A stretch of 64,000 nucleotides of DNA from Pseudomonadota bacterium (GCA_023428785.1 JAEYWU010000067.1:1726-65725); one strand, 5' to 3'; numbered from the stretch's first letter, positions 1-10,938 are shown. Program-made: numbers and translations. The notes: generated by a model from the sequence alone, not told the origin.

Positions 1-2
1 AC

Positions 3-122
3 GCAGAAGGGCGGCGCTGGGCGGAACTGTCACTCACCGTCTGGCCTTCTGGCGAGCAGCGGACCCTCGCGCGCGGCCATCCGCACGGATTTGCCCTGGA
101 GTGGTTCGGGGAGGGCGGCTGA
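3..122 (+). CDS. Possible 3' end of an upstream gene (partial, ...ARGHPHGFALEWFGEGG*)
   Basis: Frame 3 is open from the window edge to TGA at 120-122, two nt before the next ATG; product unknown. Confidence 0.35.
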   Translation, partial: AEGRRWAELSLTVWPSGEQRTLARGHPHGFALEWFGEGG

Positions 123-124
123 GG

Positions 125-718
125 ATGTGCAACAACTACGTCTTCCGGCCGCCGGACGATCGGCTGTTCTCGCACCTGAAGCTGGGCGGTGACCTGAGCT
201 ATCCATTCGGCAAGCCGAACCTGGAGCCGACCGATGTGCGCATCGGCGACCGGGCGCCGGTGGTGACCCGCCACGACGAGGCGATGGCTCTGATGATGGT
301 CCCGTGGGCCTGGAAGTCGCCACAGGGCCGTCCGGTGTTCAACTTCCGCTCGGAGGGGCGTGACTTCTCGGGCAACCAGCGCTGCCTGATCCCGGCGTCT
401 GGCTTCTACGAGTTCACCGACGCCATGCCGGGCGAGAAGCGCAAGACCAAATGGCTGTTCGAGATGCCAGAGCATCCCGATTTCTGGATCGCCGGGATTA
501 TCAAGCAGGACGCGTTTTCCATGCTGACCTGCGCGCCGGGGCCGGACATCCAGCCCTATCATGACAGACAGGTGGTCCTGCTTGAGCCCGATCGTGGCCT
601 GGATTGGCTGGACCTGAGGCGGCCCGCCGAGGACCTCCTGTCGCCAGCGACTGTCGGCAGCCTGACCGTGAAGCGGGTCTGGCCTCCTGACTCTACGGAA
701 GGCGGCTTGCTGGTCTAG
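125..718 (+). CDS. SOS response-associated peptidase (SRAP/YedK/HMCES family), abasic-site processing
   Basis: Start reassigned to ATG 125 so the protein begins MCNNY (N-terminal catalytic Cys); motifs FNFRSE, RCLIPASGFYE, HDRQVV. Confidence 0.85.
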   Translation: MCNNYVFRPPDDRLFSHLKLGGDLSYPFGKPNLEPTDVRIGDRAPVVTRHDEAMALMMVPWAWKSPQGRPVFNFRSEGRDFSGNQRCLIPASGFYEFTDAMPGEKRKTKWLFEMPEHPDFWIAGIIKQDAFSMLTCAPGPDIQPYHDRQVVLLEPDRGLDWLDLRRPAEDLLSPATVGSLTVKRVWPPDSTEGGLLV

Positions 719-745
719 GCTCCCCGGAGAACGATGGAGGACGCC

Positions 746-1849
746 ATGGGGTTCGACGCCAATAGCCGCCTGGTCACCGACAAGGCAGATCTGGGCCGCA
801 CGATCCAGCAGACCCGACCCGAGCCCGGTGCGCTGAGAGAGGGCGAGGTCGATCTGGCGCTCGACCTGTTCTCGCTGACCACCAACAACATCACCTACGC
901 CGCCTTCGGGGACTCGATCGGCTACTGGACGGTGTTTCCGACCGGCGAGGATGGCACGGGTCATATGCCGGTCTGGGGCTTCGCCGATGTCGTGGCCTCG
1001 CGGGCTGAGGGCATCGAGGTCGGCGCGCGGGTGTTCGGCTATTTCCCGATGGCCGATGTGTTGAGGGTCGAGGCGGGCAAGGTCAGCCGGGGCGGTTTCG
1101 CGGACCTGTCGCCGTGGCGGACGGGCGTGCCGGATATTTACAACCGCTATGTCCTGTGCGCGGGCGACGCCAATTATCAGAAGGCGCTGGAGCCGGCCGA
1201 GGCGATCTTCCGCCCGCTGTTCGTGACCTCCTACACGGCCGCCGAGTTCCTGCGCGACAACGGCTTCTTCGGCGCGAAACAGGTCGTGGTCTCGAGCGCC
1301 TCGTCCAAGACCGCCTATGGCGCGGCCTGGTCGATGAAGGACGACGGCCTGACACTGATGGGCGTGACCGGCAAGCGCAACAAGGCCTTCGTCGAGGGGC
1401 TGGGCGCCTATCAGACGGTGGTCGACTATGACGCGATCGATCAGCTGCCGACGGGGGCGCCGACCGTCTATCTGGACCTGTCGGGTGATCCGGGACTGCG
1501 GGCCAAGGTCCACGCTCATTTCGGCGACGACCTGGTCTACGACTGCCTGGTGGGGGCGACCCAGACTGACGGCTTCACCATCGACGCCGGCCTTCCGGGA
1601 CCGAAACCGACCTTCTTCTTCGCGGCCACGACGCTGGATGCGCACCGGGAGCGGGGAACCCTGAGGGCCTTCTACGAGCGGTTCTTCGCCGACCAGGCCG
1701 CCTTCTTCGAACAGGTGGTGGAGCCTTCCAATCCGTGGATCCGCATCATCGAGGGCGATGGGCTGGAAGCGGCGGCGAAGGTCACGCGCGATCTGGCGGA
1801 CGGGCGTAGCGACCCCGCCGAGGGGCATGTCATTCGGGTGAAGCGATGA
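746..1849 (+). CDS. DUF2855 family protein
   Basis: FSLTTNNITYAAFGD..YW..FP, PVWGFA, SSASSKTA motifs; GGAGG precedes ATG 746 (alternative ATG 734). Confidence 0.75.
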   Translation: MGFDANSRLVTDKADLGRTIQQTRPEPGALREGEVDLALDLFSLTTNNITYAAFGDSIGYWTVFPTGEDGTGHMPVWGFADVVASRAEGIEVGARVFGYFPMADVLRVEAGKVSRGGFADLSPWRTGVPDIYNRYVLCAGDANYQKALEPAEAIFRPLFVTSYTAAEFLRDNGFFGAKQVVVSSASSKTAYGAAWSMKDDGLTLMGVTGKRNKAFVEGLGAYQTVVDYDAIDQLPTGAPTVYLDLSGDPGLRAKVHAHFGDDLVYDCLVGATQTDGFTIDAGLPGPKPTFFFAATTLDAHRERGTLRAFYERFFADQAAFFEQVVEPSNPWIRIIEGDGLEAAAKVTRDLADGRSDPAEGHVIRVKR

Positions 1850-2631
1850 GCGACCGGATTTCGATCAGCATCGACGACGGCGTCGCCGACGTCCGGCTCA
1901 ACCGCGCCGACAAGATGAATGCGCTGGATCCGGCGATGATCGAGGCCCTTGCGGGCGCGATCGATCAACTGACCGGGACGCCGGGCCTGAGGGCGGTGGT
2001 GCTGTCGGGCGAGGGGCGGGCCTTTTGCGCCGGGCTCGACATGATGTCGATGGCCGGGCTGGCCGGGTCCGACTTCGACATCATGGCCCGCACCCATGGG
2101 CTGGCGAACATCTTCCAGCAGGTGTGCTGGGGCTGGCGCACCCTGCCGGTTCCGGTCGTGGCGGCGGTGCAGGGTGTGGCGTTCGGCGGCGGGCTTCAGC
2201 TGATGTCGGGCGCCGACATCCGCATCGCGCGGCCCGATACGCGGCTGTCGGTCATGGAGATGAAGTGGGGCATCGTGCCCGACATGGCCGGCTTCGCCCT
2301 GTGGCCGGGGCTGGTGCGCGACGATGTCCTGCGCGAGCTGACCTATACGGCGCGCGAGTTCTCGGGCGAGGAGGCCGTCGGCCTCGGATTCGTGACCCGC
2401 ACGGCGGACGATCCCTTGGCCGAGGCCCTTGCCTTGGCCCGTCAGATCGCGGACCGGAACCCCGAAGCCATCCGGGCCGCCAAGCGGCTGGCCAATCTGT
2501 CGGGCGGCGGTCAGGCGGCTGAGGCCCTGCTGGCGGAAAGCCGGGAGCAGGGCGCGCTGATCGGCCGGCCGAACCAGATGGAGGCGGTCGCCGCCGGCAT
2601 GCAGAAGCGGGCGCCGCGGTTCACCGACTGA
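1846..2631 (+). CDS. Crotonase/enoyl-CoA hydratase family protein
   Basis: LNRADKMNAL, AFCAGLD, AFGGGLQL, E.KWGIVPD; ATGA overlap with upstream gene. Confidence 0.9.
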   Translation: MSDRISISIDDGVADVRLNRADKMNALDPAMIEALAGAIDQLTGTPGLRAVVLSGEGRAFCAGLDMMSMAGLAGSDFDIMARTHGLANIFQQVCWGWRTLPVPVVAAVQGVAFGGGLQLMSGADIRIARPDTRLSVMEMKWGIVPDMAGFALWPGLVRDDVLRELTYTAREFSGEEAVGLGFVTRTADDPLAEALALARQIADRNPEAIRAAKRLANLSGGGQAAEALLAESREQGALIGRPNQMEAVAAGMQKRAPRFTD

Positions 2632-2731
2632 AACAACCGCAGTTGAAATTTCAATGAAATGTCGCGCGGCGGCCTTTTCGCCGCCTGATTGAATCCCATC
2701 TTGGGCACGGAGCCGAAGACCGGAGCGCGAC

Positions 2732-2902
2732 ATGACTGAATTCTCGCTGGACGACTTCCTCGCCGACCCCGCGACCCGTCAGCTGATGGCCCGTGACCAC
2801 GTAGCCGAGGCCGACATCCGCGCCATCGCCGACAGCTACCGTGCCAGCCGCGACGATGGTGAGGCGCGGCGCCCGGAAGAGCCGAAGTCGTTCGAGGGTT
2901 AA
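2732..2902 (+). CDS. Small hypothetical protein, 56 aa (MTEFSLDDFLADPATRQLMARDHVAEADIRAIADSYR...EG), absent from ORF track
   Basis: GGAG 6 nt before ATG 2732; GC-rich third codon positions; TAA 2900-2902; fills the gap before convergent guaA. Confidence 0.7.
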   Translation: MTEFSLDDFLADPATRQLMARDHVAEADIRAIADSYRASRDDGEARRPEEPKSFEG

Positions 2903-2909
2903 GCCTCGC

Positions 2910-4463
2910 CTATTCCCACTCGATCGTGCCCGGGGGCTTGGACGTGACGTCGTAGACGACGCGGTTCACGCCGCGGACCTCGTTGATGATCCGGGTGGCG
3001 GTGCGGCCCAGCATCTCCCAGGGGAACTGGTAGAAGTCGGCCGTCATGCCGTCGGTCGAGGTCACAGCGCGCAGGGCCAGGACCTTCTCATAGGTGCGGG
3101 CGTCGCCCATGACGCCGACAGTGCGGACCGGCAGCAGAACGGCGAAGGCCTGCCAGATCTCATCGTAGAGGCCGGCCTTGCGGATTTCGTCCAGATAGAT
3201 GGCGTCGGCGTCCTGAAGGGTGGCGACGGCGTCCGGTGTGATCTCGCCGGGTATGCGGATGGCCAGGCCCGGGCCAGGGAAGGGGTGGCGGCCGACGAAG
3301 GCGTCGGTCAGCCCCAGCTCGCGGCCCAGCGCCCGGACCTCGTCCTTGAACAGTTCGCGTAAGGGTTCGACCAGCTTTAGCTTCATATAGTCGGGCAGGC
3401 CGCCGACATTGTGGTGGCTCTTGATGACGTGGGCCTTGCCGCTGGAGGCCGAGACGCTCTCGATCACGTCCGGATAGAGGGTGCCCTGGGCCAGGAACTC
3501 GGCGCCTTCGATCTTGGCGGACTCGCGGTCGAAGATCTCGATGAAGACCCGGCCGATTGTCTTGCGCTTGGTCTCGGGGTCGGACTGGCCAGCTAGCGCG
3601 CCGAGGAATTCCTTCGATGCATCAACGTGGATCAGCGGGATGTTGTAGTGCTCGCGGAAGAGCGTCGTGACCTGCTTGGCCTCGTCCTTCCTCAGCAGGC
3701 CGGTATCCACGAACACGCAGGTCAGCTGGTCTCCGATGGCCTCGTGGATCAGCACCGCCGCGACCGAGGAATCCACGCCGCCCGACAGGCCGCAGATGAC
3801 CTTGGCGTCGCCGACCTGGGCGCGGATCTGGGCGATCTTCTCGTCGCGATAGGCGGCCATGGTCCAGTCGCCTGACAGGCCCGCGATCCGGTGGGTGAAG
3901 TTCTTCAACATCGCCGCGCCGCGCGGCGTGTGCATGACCTCGGGGTGGAACTGGATGCCGTAGAGGCGCCGGCTCTCGTCACCAATCACCGCATAGGGCG
4001 AGCCCGGCGAGGTGGCGATGACCTCGAAGCCGTCCGGGATGGCGACGATCTTGTCGCCGTGGCTCATCCAGACCGTCTCTTCCTCGCCGACGCCGGCGAG
4101 ACCATCGAGCAGGGGCGAGGCCATCTGGATGGTGATCTCGGCGCGGCCGAACTCGCGATGGTGGCCGCCCTCGACCTTGCCGCCGAGCTGCTCGCACATG
4201 GTCATCTCGCCGTAGCAGATACCCAGCACCGGGACGCCAGCGTCGAACACCGCCTGCGGCGCGCGGGGGCTGCCTTCTTCATGCACGCTCTCGGGGCCGC
4301 CCGAGAGGATGATCGCCGCCGGGCTCATGGCCTCAAGCGCCGCCTCCGCCTTCGCATAGGGGTGGATCTCGCAATAGACGTTCGCCTCGCGCAGCCGGCG
4401 GGCGATCAACTGGGTCACCTGGCTGCCGAAATCGACGATGAGGACTTTCTGGTGGGCGGTCAC
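2910..4463 (-). CDS. guaA: Glutamine-hydrolysing GMP synthase
   Basis: [53 protein letters not shown] start at 4463 overlaps upstream TGA. Confidence 0.97.
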   Translation of the reverse strand: MTAHQKVLIVDFGSQVTQLIARRLREANVYCEIHPYAKAEAALEAMSPAAIILSGGPESVHEEGSPRAPQAVFDAGVPVLGICYGEMTMCEQLGGKVEGGHHREFGRAEITIQMASPLLDGLAGVGEEETVWMSHGDKIVAIPDGFEVIATSPGSPYAVIGDESRRLYGIQFHPEVMHTPRGAAMLKNFTHRIAGLSGDWTMAAYRDEKIAQIRAQVGDAKVICGLSGGVDSSVAAVLIHEAIGDQLTCVFVDTGLLRKDEAKQVTTLFREHYNIPLIHVDASKEFLGALAGQSDPETKRKTIGRVFIEIFDRESAKIEGAEFLAQGTLYPDVIESVSASSGKAHVIKSHHNVGGLPDYMKLKLVEPLRELFKDEVRALGRELGLTDAFVGRHPFPGPGLAIRIPGEITPDAVATLQDADAIYLDEIRKAGLYDEIWQAFAVLLPVRTVGVMGDARTYEKVLALRAVTSTDGMTADFYQFPWEMLGRTATRIINEVRGVNRVVYDVTSKPPGTIEWE

Positions 4464-5143
4464 GGGCGGGCTTCCAAGGCTGGAGACGGGCGAGAGGTTT
4501 CGAGGGCGACGAGGCCGCGGTCGGTGATAACGGCGGAGAGCTTGTCGAGGGCGGCGGCCAGGGTCTGGTCGACGTGGACCAGCGTTGAGGTCCAGTCCTC
4601 CAGCGCCTTCAGCTCGGCACTGCCATCCGAGACGCCACGCAGGGCGACGAGCGGCACGCCGAAAGTCTGGGCAGCGCGAACGAGGGCCCAGGTCTCCATA
4701 TCGACCATGTCGGCGTCGATCGTCTGATAGGCCGCGCCGGAGATCACATTGGCGCCGGTCGACAATCGCGCAGTAGGCACATCCGGGATTGGGCAGGGCA
4801 GGGGCAGAACGGCCGGCAGGGCGAGCAGGGGCGTCACGCCCTTCTCGAAGCCCAACGGACTGCAGTCCATGTCGCGGTAGCTGACCGATGCCACCTGATA
4901 GGTCGCGGCGTGTTCCAGCGTCGGCGAACCGCATGAGCCGAGCGAGACGATCAGGTCAGGCAGGCGCCCGGCCGCTTCCAGCCGGGCAAGGGCGGCGGTC
5001 AGGGCCACGGCGCCCTCGACCGGGCCGATCCCCGTCATCAGGGGCTGGATGCGCGCCTTGAGCTCCACGCCGTATTCGGCAGGCGCGGCCATGACCGCCA
5101 GCACCGACAGTCCGCCCCAACGCTCAAGTCGCGGGGGTGTCAT
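4460..5143 (-). CDS. 5'-methylthioadenosine/SAH nucleosidase-like (PNP_UDP family)
   Basis: [39 protein letters not shown] 5143 coupled to upstream stop. Confidence 0.85.
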   Translation of the reverse strand: MTPPRLERWGGLSVLAVMAAPAEYGVELKARIQPLMTGIGPVEGAVALTAALARLEAAGRLPDLIVSLGSCGSPTLEHAATYQVASVSYRDMDCSPLGFEKGVTPLLALPAVLPLPCPIPDVPTARLSTGANVISGAAYQTIDADMVDMETWALVRAAQTFGVPLVALRGVSDGSAELKALEDWTSTLVHVDQTLAAALDKLSAVITDRGLVALETSRPSPALEARP

Positions 5144-6372
5144 GCGGACTTCTCCAGCACCTGCACGAAAAACCCATCCGTTCCCGCCGACAGGGGCGTC
5201 ATCCGTGATCCGGGGCCATCCGGGGTAAAACCGGCGGCGGTTTCCAGGAAAGCCGCGACCCGATCCTCGTTCTCCTCGGCGAAGAGCGAGCAGGTGACAT
5301 AGACCAGCCGACCGCCCGGCTTCACAAAGGCGGAGGCCTGATCGAGCACGGCGTCCTGCTCGATCGTCCGGCGTTCGAGCTGTTCGGGCGTCAGGCGCCA
5401 TTTGGTGTCGGGGTGCCGCCGCCAGGTGCCAGAACCGGTGCAGGGCGCGTCGACGAAGACGACGTCCATCTTGCCTTCGAGCCCCTTCAAGGCGTCGGCC
5501 TCGAGCGGCGAGCGGACCTGAAGGTTGCGGACGCCGGCGCGCTGGGCGCGGGGGATGATGTCGGCCATCCGCCGTGCGTCGGAATCATAGGCGTAGAGCT
5601 GGCCCTTGTTGGCCATTCGAGCGGCCAGCGCCAGAGTCTTGCCGCCGCCGCCTGCGCAGAAGTCGAGCACCTGCTTGCCGGTGATTTCGCCGGCCGTCTC
5701 GACGGTCAGCTGGCTGCCCAGATCCTGCACCTCGAACCAGCCCTTGTGAAAGGCCGGAATGGTCTCGACGGCGCCTGTTCGTACGGCGGGATCGGGCGGC
5801 GGAATGCGGGCCGCGTTCATGCCGAGAACCTCTTCCGCACCGATGGGCTGGAGCGCCTTCAGGGCGCGCTCACGGTCGGTCTTGAGGGTGTTGATCCTGA
5901 GGTAGACCGGCGCGCGGCGAGACAGAAACTCCATCTCCATGGCGCACAGATCGCCGAATACCCGCTCAAGATGAGGGTGAAGCCAGTCCGGGTAGTCCCC
6001 CTGGATGGCGGTCGGGGCGTCGTCCAGGCCGCGCGGCGAGGCGAGGGCGGTCCGCTCTGTTTCGGTCAGGGCGCCAGGACCATGCGGTTCCTCGCCCGCT
6101 GCCTCGGCCAGCCGGTCGACCGACCAGCGCCAGCCCCAGGCGAGCACGCCCAGGATGGCCGCGCGCGGCGTGTCCTCGCCCATCCGCCAGGCGGTGGAGC
6201 GGCGCTTTCTCAAGGCATCCAGCACGAGGCCCGAGACGAACGCCCGGTCCTTGGCGCCCGCGAAGCGCGAGCGGTCTGACCAGGCCTTCAGCGCGATCTT
6301 GGCGGGGACGCGACGGGTCTCAAGGTCCGTGAGAACCTCGATGGCTGCCGCAATCCTACCGCCGTCCCTCAT
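5140..6372 (-). CDS. RsmB/NOP family RNA m5C methyltransferase
   Basis: EVQDLGSQ, DFCAGGGGKT, VDAPCTGSGTWRRHPD, YVTCS. Confidence 0.92.
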   Translation of the reverse strand: MRDGGRIAAAIEVLTDLETRRVPAKIALKAWSDRSRFAGAKDRAFVSGLVLDALRKRRSTAWRMGEDTPRAAILGVLAWGWRWSVDRLAEAAGEEPHGPGALTETERTALASPRGLDDAPTAIQGDYPDWLHPHLERVFGDLCAMEMEFLSRRAPVYLRINTLKTDRERALKALQPIGAEEVLGMNAARIPPPDPAVRTGAVETIPAFHKGWFEVQDLGSQLTVETAGEITGKQVLDFCAGGGGKTLALAARMANKGQLYAYDSDARRMADIIPRAQRAGVRNLQVRSPLEADALKGLEGKMDVVFVDAPCTGSGTWRRHPDTKWRLTPEQLERRTIEQDAVLDQASAFVKPGGRLVYVTCSLFAEENEDRVAAFLETAAGFTPDGPGSRMTPLSAGTDGFFVQVLEKSA

Positions 6373-6375
6373 GGC

Positions 6376-6795
6376 CTAGGCGAACAGCGAATAGACGATG
6401 AGGCCAAGCCCCACGAGCGAGGCCAGGAAGGCCAGGCTGCGCAGGCCTGTGACGCCCCAGCGATAGAGCGGCAGGTAGATCACGCGGGCGAAGAAGTAGA
6501 GATGCGTGCCCCAGATCGAGAGCATGCCTTCCTTGCCGGCCAGATGAACGAGCGCCACTGCGCCGAGGAACAGGGGCAGGGTCTCATAGAGATTGGCCTG
6601 CGCCCGCAGGAGGCGCCCGGCGACCTTGCCCGGAGGCGGGGTCTCATCACGCGGTCCGGCATTCCACTGGGCGCCCAGCTCCTTGGTCCGCGCCGCCGCC
6701 GCCCAGAAGATGTTGATGACGGCCAGAATGATGACGAAGGCCGCCAGCACGAGGTCCGGATGGACGTCCGGGAACAGGTTCATATGTCCTTGCAT
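6376..6795 (-). CDS. MAPEG family membrane protein
   Basis: GPRD, R..RAQANLYETLP, ARVIYLPLY, four hydrophobic segments; start 6795 or 6783. Confidence 0.85.
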   Translation of the reverse strand: MQGHMNLFPDVHPDLVLAAFVIILAVINIFWAAAARTKELGAQWNAGPRDETPPPGKVAGRLLRAQANLYETLPLFLGAVALVHLAGKEGMLSIWGTHLYFFARVIYLPLYRWGVTGLRSLAFLASLVGLGLIVYSLFA

Positions 6796-6814
6796 GCCGT
6801 GAGCCCTCCCCAGC

Positions 6815-8296
<1,482 letters not shown>

Positions 8297-8364
8297 CTAT
8301 AGACCGCCCTCCTGCGGGGCGGCAAGGCCAGTTTCCGTTTATCGCAGCGATAAGAACGATTGAC

Positions 8365-8411
8365 TTGCCGCGTGGCGGGCGGGCCACCATCTTGTGCGAA
8401 TGGTTCGCAAG
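8365..8411 (+). promoter_or_regulatory. Sigma70-type promoter (TTGCCG-N17-CATCTT) overlapped downstream by inverted repeat TGCGAA-TGG-TTCGCA (Fur-box-like)
   Basis: -35 at 8365-8370, -10 at 8388-8393, palindrome at 8395-8409 covering the ATG at 8400. Confidence 0.55.
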
Positions 8412-8933
8412 ATTGCCATGGCCGTTCGCCGCCTCTGGCTGAAGATCGCCTCCTACGGGGTGATGCACCTTGTCGTGGCCATCCTGACGGCTTGGGCCAT
8501 CACGCGTGACTGGCGGATCGCCCTGGCGGTCGGGCTGGTCGAGCCGGTCGTCCAGACAGCCGCCTTCGCCGTCCATGACCGGGTCTGGCACCGGATCGAG
8601 CGCCGCCGCGTCCTGACGGGCCTCGAGGAAACCGCCGAGGCGGTCGTGGGGCGGGTCGGCTTGCACGATCACCACGCCCACAGCCACCGCCTGCCGACCG
8701 CGATCCGTACCCTGGCGGCCAAGTCAGTCAGCTATGGCGTCATGCACTTCAGCGTGGCTGTGCTGGTCGCTTTCGTCCTGACGCGTGACTGGGCGCTGGC
8801 TCTTGCGGTCGGCACGATCGAGCCGCTGGTCCAGACCGTCTTCTTCACCGCTCACGACCAGATCTGGAAGCGGATCGAGGCGCGTCGCCGTTCAAGCGAG
8901 GACCGGGGCGAGGCGATCCACGGGCTTTCGTAG
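8400..8933 (+). CDS. Tandem DUF2061 membrane protein with His-rich linker
   Basis: Two copies of K..SYGVMH..VA.L.A...TRDW..ALAVG..EP.VQT..F..HD..W; linker HDHHAHSH; start 8400 or 8418. Confidence 0.8.
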   Translation: MVRKIAMAVRRLWLKIASYGVMHLVVAILTAWAITRDWRIALAVGLVEPVVQTAAFAVHDRVWHRIERRRVLTGLEETAEAVVGRVGLHDHHAHSHRLPTAIRTLAAKSVSYGVMHFSVAVLVAFVLTRDWALALAVGTIEPLVQTVFFTAHDQIWKRIEARRRSSEDRGEAIHGLS

Positions 8934-8966
8934 AGCTCAGGCCGGAATCGGCCCATGTCGGGAGCC

Positions 8967-9323
8967 ATGACCATCACCCTGTACGGCATCCCCAACTGCG
9001 ACACCGTCAAGAAGGCCCGGGTGTGGCTGGATGAGCGGGGCGTTCGCTACACCTTCCACGACTACACGAAGGCCGGAATCGACGAGGCCAGCCTGAACCG
9101 CTGGGTCGAGGAGTTGGGCTGGCAAACGGTGCTGAACCGGGCCGGGACTACCTTCAAGAAGCTGGATGACGCCGACAAGGGCGATCTGGACGCCAAAAAG
9201 GCCGTCCGGCTGATGTTGGCCCAGCCATCGATGATCAAGCGGCCGATCCTTGATCTGGGCGACCGGCGCATCGCCGGCTTCAAGCCGGACAGCTACGAAG
9301 CGGCGCTCGGCGGATTTTTCTGA
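8967..9323 (+). CDS. ArsC/YffB-Spx family reductase
   Basis: LYGIPNCDTVKKAR, NRAGTTF, PSMIKRP; GGAG before ATG 8967. Confidence 0.9.
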   Translation: MTITLYGIPNCDTVKKARVWLDERGVRYTFHDYTKAGIDEASLNRWVEELGWQTVLNRAGTTFKKLDDADKGDLDAKKAVRLMLAQPSMIKRPILDLGDRRIAGFKPDSYEAALGGFF

Positions 9324-9329
9324 TCCGGC

Positions 9330-9359
9330 TGCATCCGGTCGGGGGATCGGCGGCGATAC
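9330..9359 (+). promoter_or_regulatory. Candidate ECF promoter of module A: TGCATCC-N17-CGATAC
   Basis: In the intergenic gap before the first gene of the ECF operon; the same GCATCC hexamer precedes module B. Confidence 0.4.
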
Positions 9360-9405
9360 AGTCTCGAACGGGCGCCGGTGGGGCGGCCCGACTGGAGACG
9401 AAGAC

Positions 9406-9600
9406 ATGACGGACGTCATCCGCGATTTCTGGTGGCTGGTCTTCCCCTTGGGATGGGGTGTGTGGTCGATGTGGGACGCCTGGCTGCAGAGCCGCGCCCG
9501 CGCCGATGGAATGAAGCTGATCGCCGCCTATACGGCCGCCGGGCGCGAACCGCCTGCCGAACTGCTCAAGTCGCTGAACGTCAAGTCGAGGGAGGCCTGA
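9406..9600 (+). CDS. Small single-TM protein (64 aa), paralogue of the next gene's N-terminus
   Basis: GGAG before ATG 9406; FWWLVFP..W...W..WL..RAR.D...L...Y...G..PP.EL aligns with 9602-10033. Confidence 0.75.
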   Translation: MTDVIRDFWWLVFPLGWGVWSMWDAWLQSRARADGMKLIAAYTAAGREPPAELLKSLNVKSREA

Positions 9601-9601
9601 C

Positions 9602-10033
9602 ATGGAAGACCTTTTCCGTAGCTACTGGTGGCTGCTCTTTCCAGCCGGCTGGTTCATCGCCGAGGCCTGGCAGAGCTGGCTGAGGTACCGGGCCCGCAAG
9701 GACGCGCTGCGCCTGCTGCAGTCCTATGCCGAAAAGGGCCAGACGCCGCCCGAAGACCTGGTGCGTACCATCGCCGGCCAGGATGTCGTCACCGGAGCCC
9801 TGGGTGTCGGCAGCGCCGACGGCGCCCCGTCCCAGCCGTCCACGACCAACTGGGGCTGGTATCAGGTGGCCCTGTTCGGAGCCTTGGCGGGCGGCTTTGT
9901 CTTCCTGTCGAGGGGCGGCTTCCTAGGCGACAGCGACTTCTCGCGGGTTCTGCTGGTGGCGGCGGTGGTGCTGGGGGCGCTGGCCCTGGCCTCGCTGGTC
10001 TACGCCCTGACGTGGAAGGGGCCCCGGGCCTGA
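9602..10033 (+). CDS. Membrane accessory protein, DUF6249-like (TM + KGQ.PP.DL + 2 TM)
   Basis: GGAGG RBS; YWWLLFP, SYAEKGQTPPEDL, two C-terminal hydrophobic helices. Confidence 0.7.
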   Translation: MEDLFRSYWWLLFPAGWFIAEAWQSWLRYRARKDALRLLQSYAEKGQTPPEDLVRTIAGQDVVTGALGVGSADGAPSQPSTTNWGWYQVALFGALAGGFVFLSRGGFLGDSDFSRVLLVAAVVLGALALASLVYALTWKGPRA

Positions 10034-10051
10034 TTCTGCCTGGGACTTCGG

Positions 10052-10588
10052 ATGGGGGCGCAGGACAATCCGGTCGATCAGGCTCTGGTCCAGGCGGCCA
10101 GGACCGGTTCGCCGCGCGCCTTCGCCGATCTGGTGGCGCGGCATCAGGCCGGCGTACGCGCCTTTCTGGTCCGCCTCTGCCACGACCCGGCCGAAGCGGA
10201 GGATCTGGCCCAGGAAACCTTCCTGACCGCCTGGTCCAAGCTGGGTACGGTCCGGCCGGACGCCAATGTCCGCTCCTGGCTGTGCGGCCTGGCCTGGCGC
10301 AAGGTCCTGACCGCCCGGCGTGGCCGCGCCCGCTCCGCCGCCCGCGACCGGCAATGGCTGGACACCCGGCCTGCCTTCGATACCCCGGCCGCCCGCGACC
10401 AGATGGCGGTCCGCGCCGCGCTCGAGACCCTGGCCCCCGATCAGCAGGCGGTGGTCGCCCTGTGCCTGGCCGCCGACTGGTCCCACGCCGAGGCCGCCGA
10501 GGCCCTGGGCCTGCCGCTGGGCACGGTCAAGTCGCATGCGGCGCGCGGACGCGCTAAACTGCTGGAAGCGATGGGAGGGACCCCATGA
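10052..10588 (+). CDS. ECF-type RNA polymerase sigma factor (module A)
   Basis: AEDLAQETFL.AW, RSWL, EAAEALGLPLGTVKSH..RGR; only sigma2 and sigma4 domains. Confidence 0.92.
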   Translation: MGAQDNPVDQALVQAARTGSPRAFADLVARHQAGVRAFLVRLCHDPAEAEDLAQETFLTAWSKLGTVRPDANVRSWLCGLAWRKVLTARRGRARSAARDRQWLDTRPAFDTPAARDQMAVRAALETLAPDQQAVVALCLAADWSHAEAAEALGLPLGTVKSHAARGRAKLLEAMGGTP

Positions 10589-10911
10589 CCCCTGATGACC
10601 GCCTGAAGGCCGCCCTGTCGCTGGACGCCGCCGAGCCGCCGCCGGTCGATCCCTTGTTCGTCGTGCGGATCGCCGAGCGGATCGAACAGCGCCGTTTCCG
10701 GCTGCATCTGATGCTGCTGGCGCTCTGGGCCATCGCGGGCGGGGCCGTATTCTGGGCGCTGCGGCCGCTTCTGGGCGAGGCGATCGCGCCGGTGACGCCG
10801 CTGCTGCCCGCCGCTACGGCGGTGGTGGTGGTGGCCTGGATCGCCATTCGGACCGATCCGCACAGGCTCTTGCGCCGCGCGCGGGCCGTGCGCCTGATGC
10901 GTCGGTTCTAG
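10585..10911 (+). CDS. Putative membrane anti-sigma factor (module A)
   Basis: ATGA overlap with the sigma gene; short N-terminal domain with DPLFVVRIAERI, then two TM helices. Confidence 0.65.
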   Translation: MTPDDRLKAALSLDAAEPPPVDPLFVVRIAERIEQRRFRLHLMLLALWAIAGGAVFWALRPLLGEAIAPVTPLLPAATAVVVVAWIAIRTDPHRLLRRARAVRLMRRF

Positions 10912-10938
10912 CCTTACAAAGATTTCATGCGCATCCGC

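Noticed and set aside
2643..2654. TTGA...TCAA as an FNR/FixK box
   Set aside because: Spacer is 4 nt rather than 6; kept only as an unassigned palindrome
4464..4934. N-terminal extensions in the ORF track (guaA 674 aa, radA 548 aa, LprI 382 aa, ntrY 792 aa, etc.)
   Set aside because: They overlap neighbouring genes; family similarity and RBS or coupling support the shorter starts
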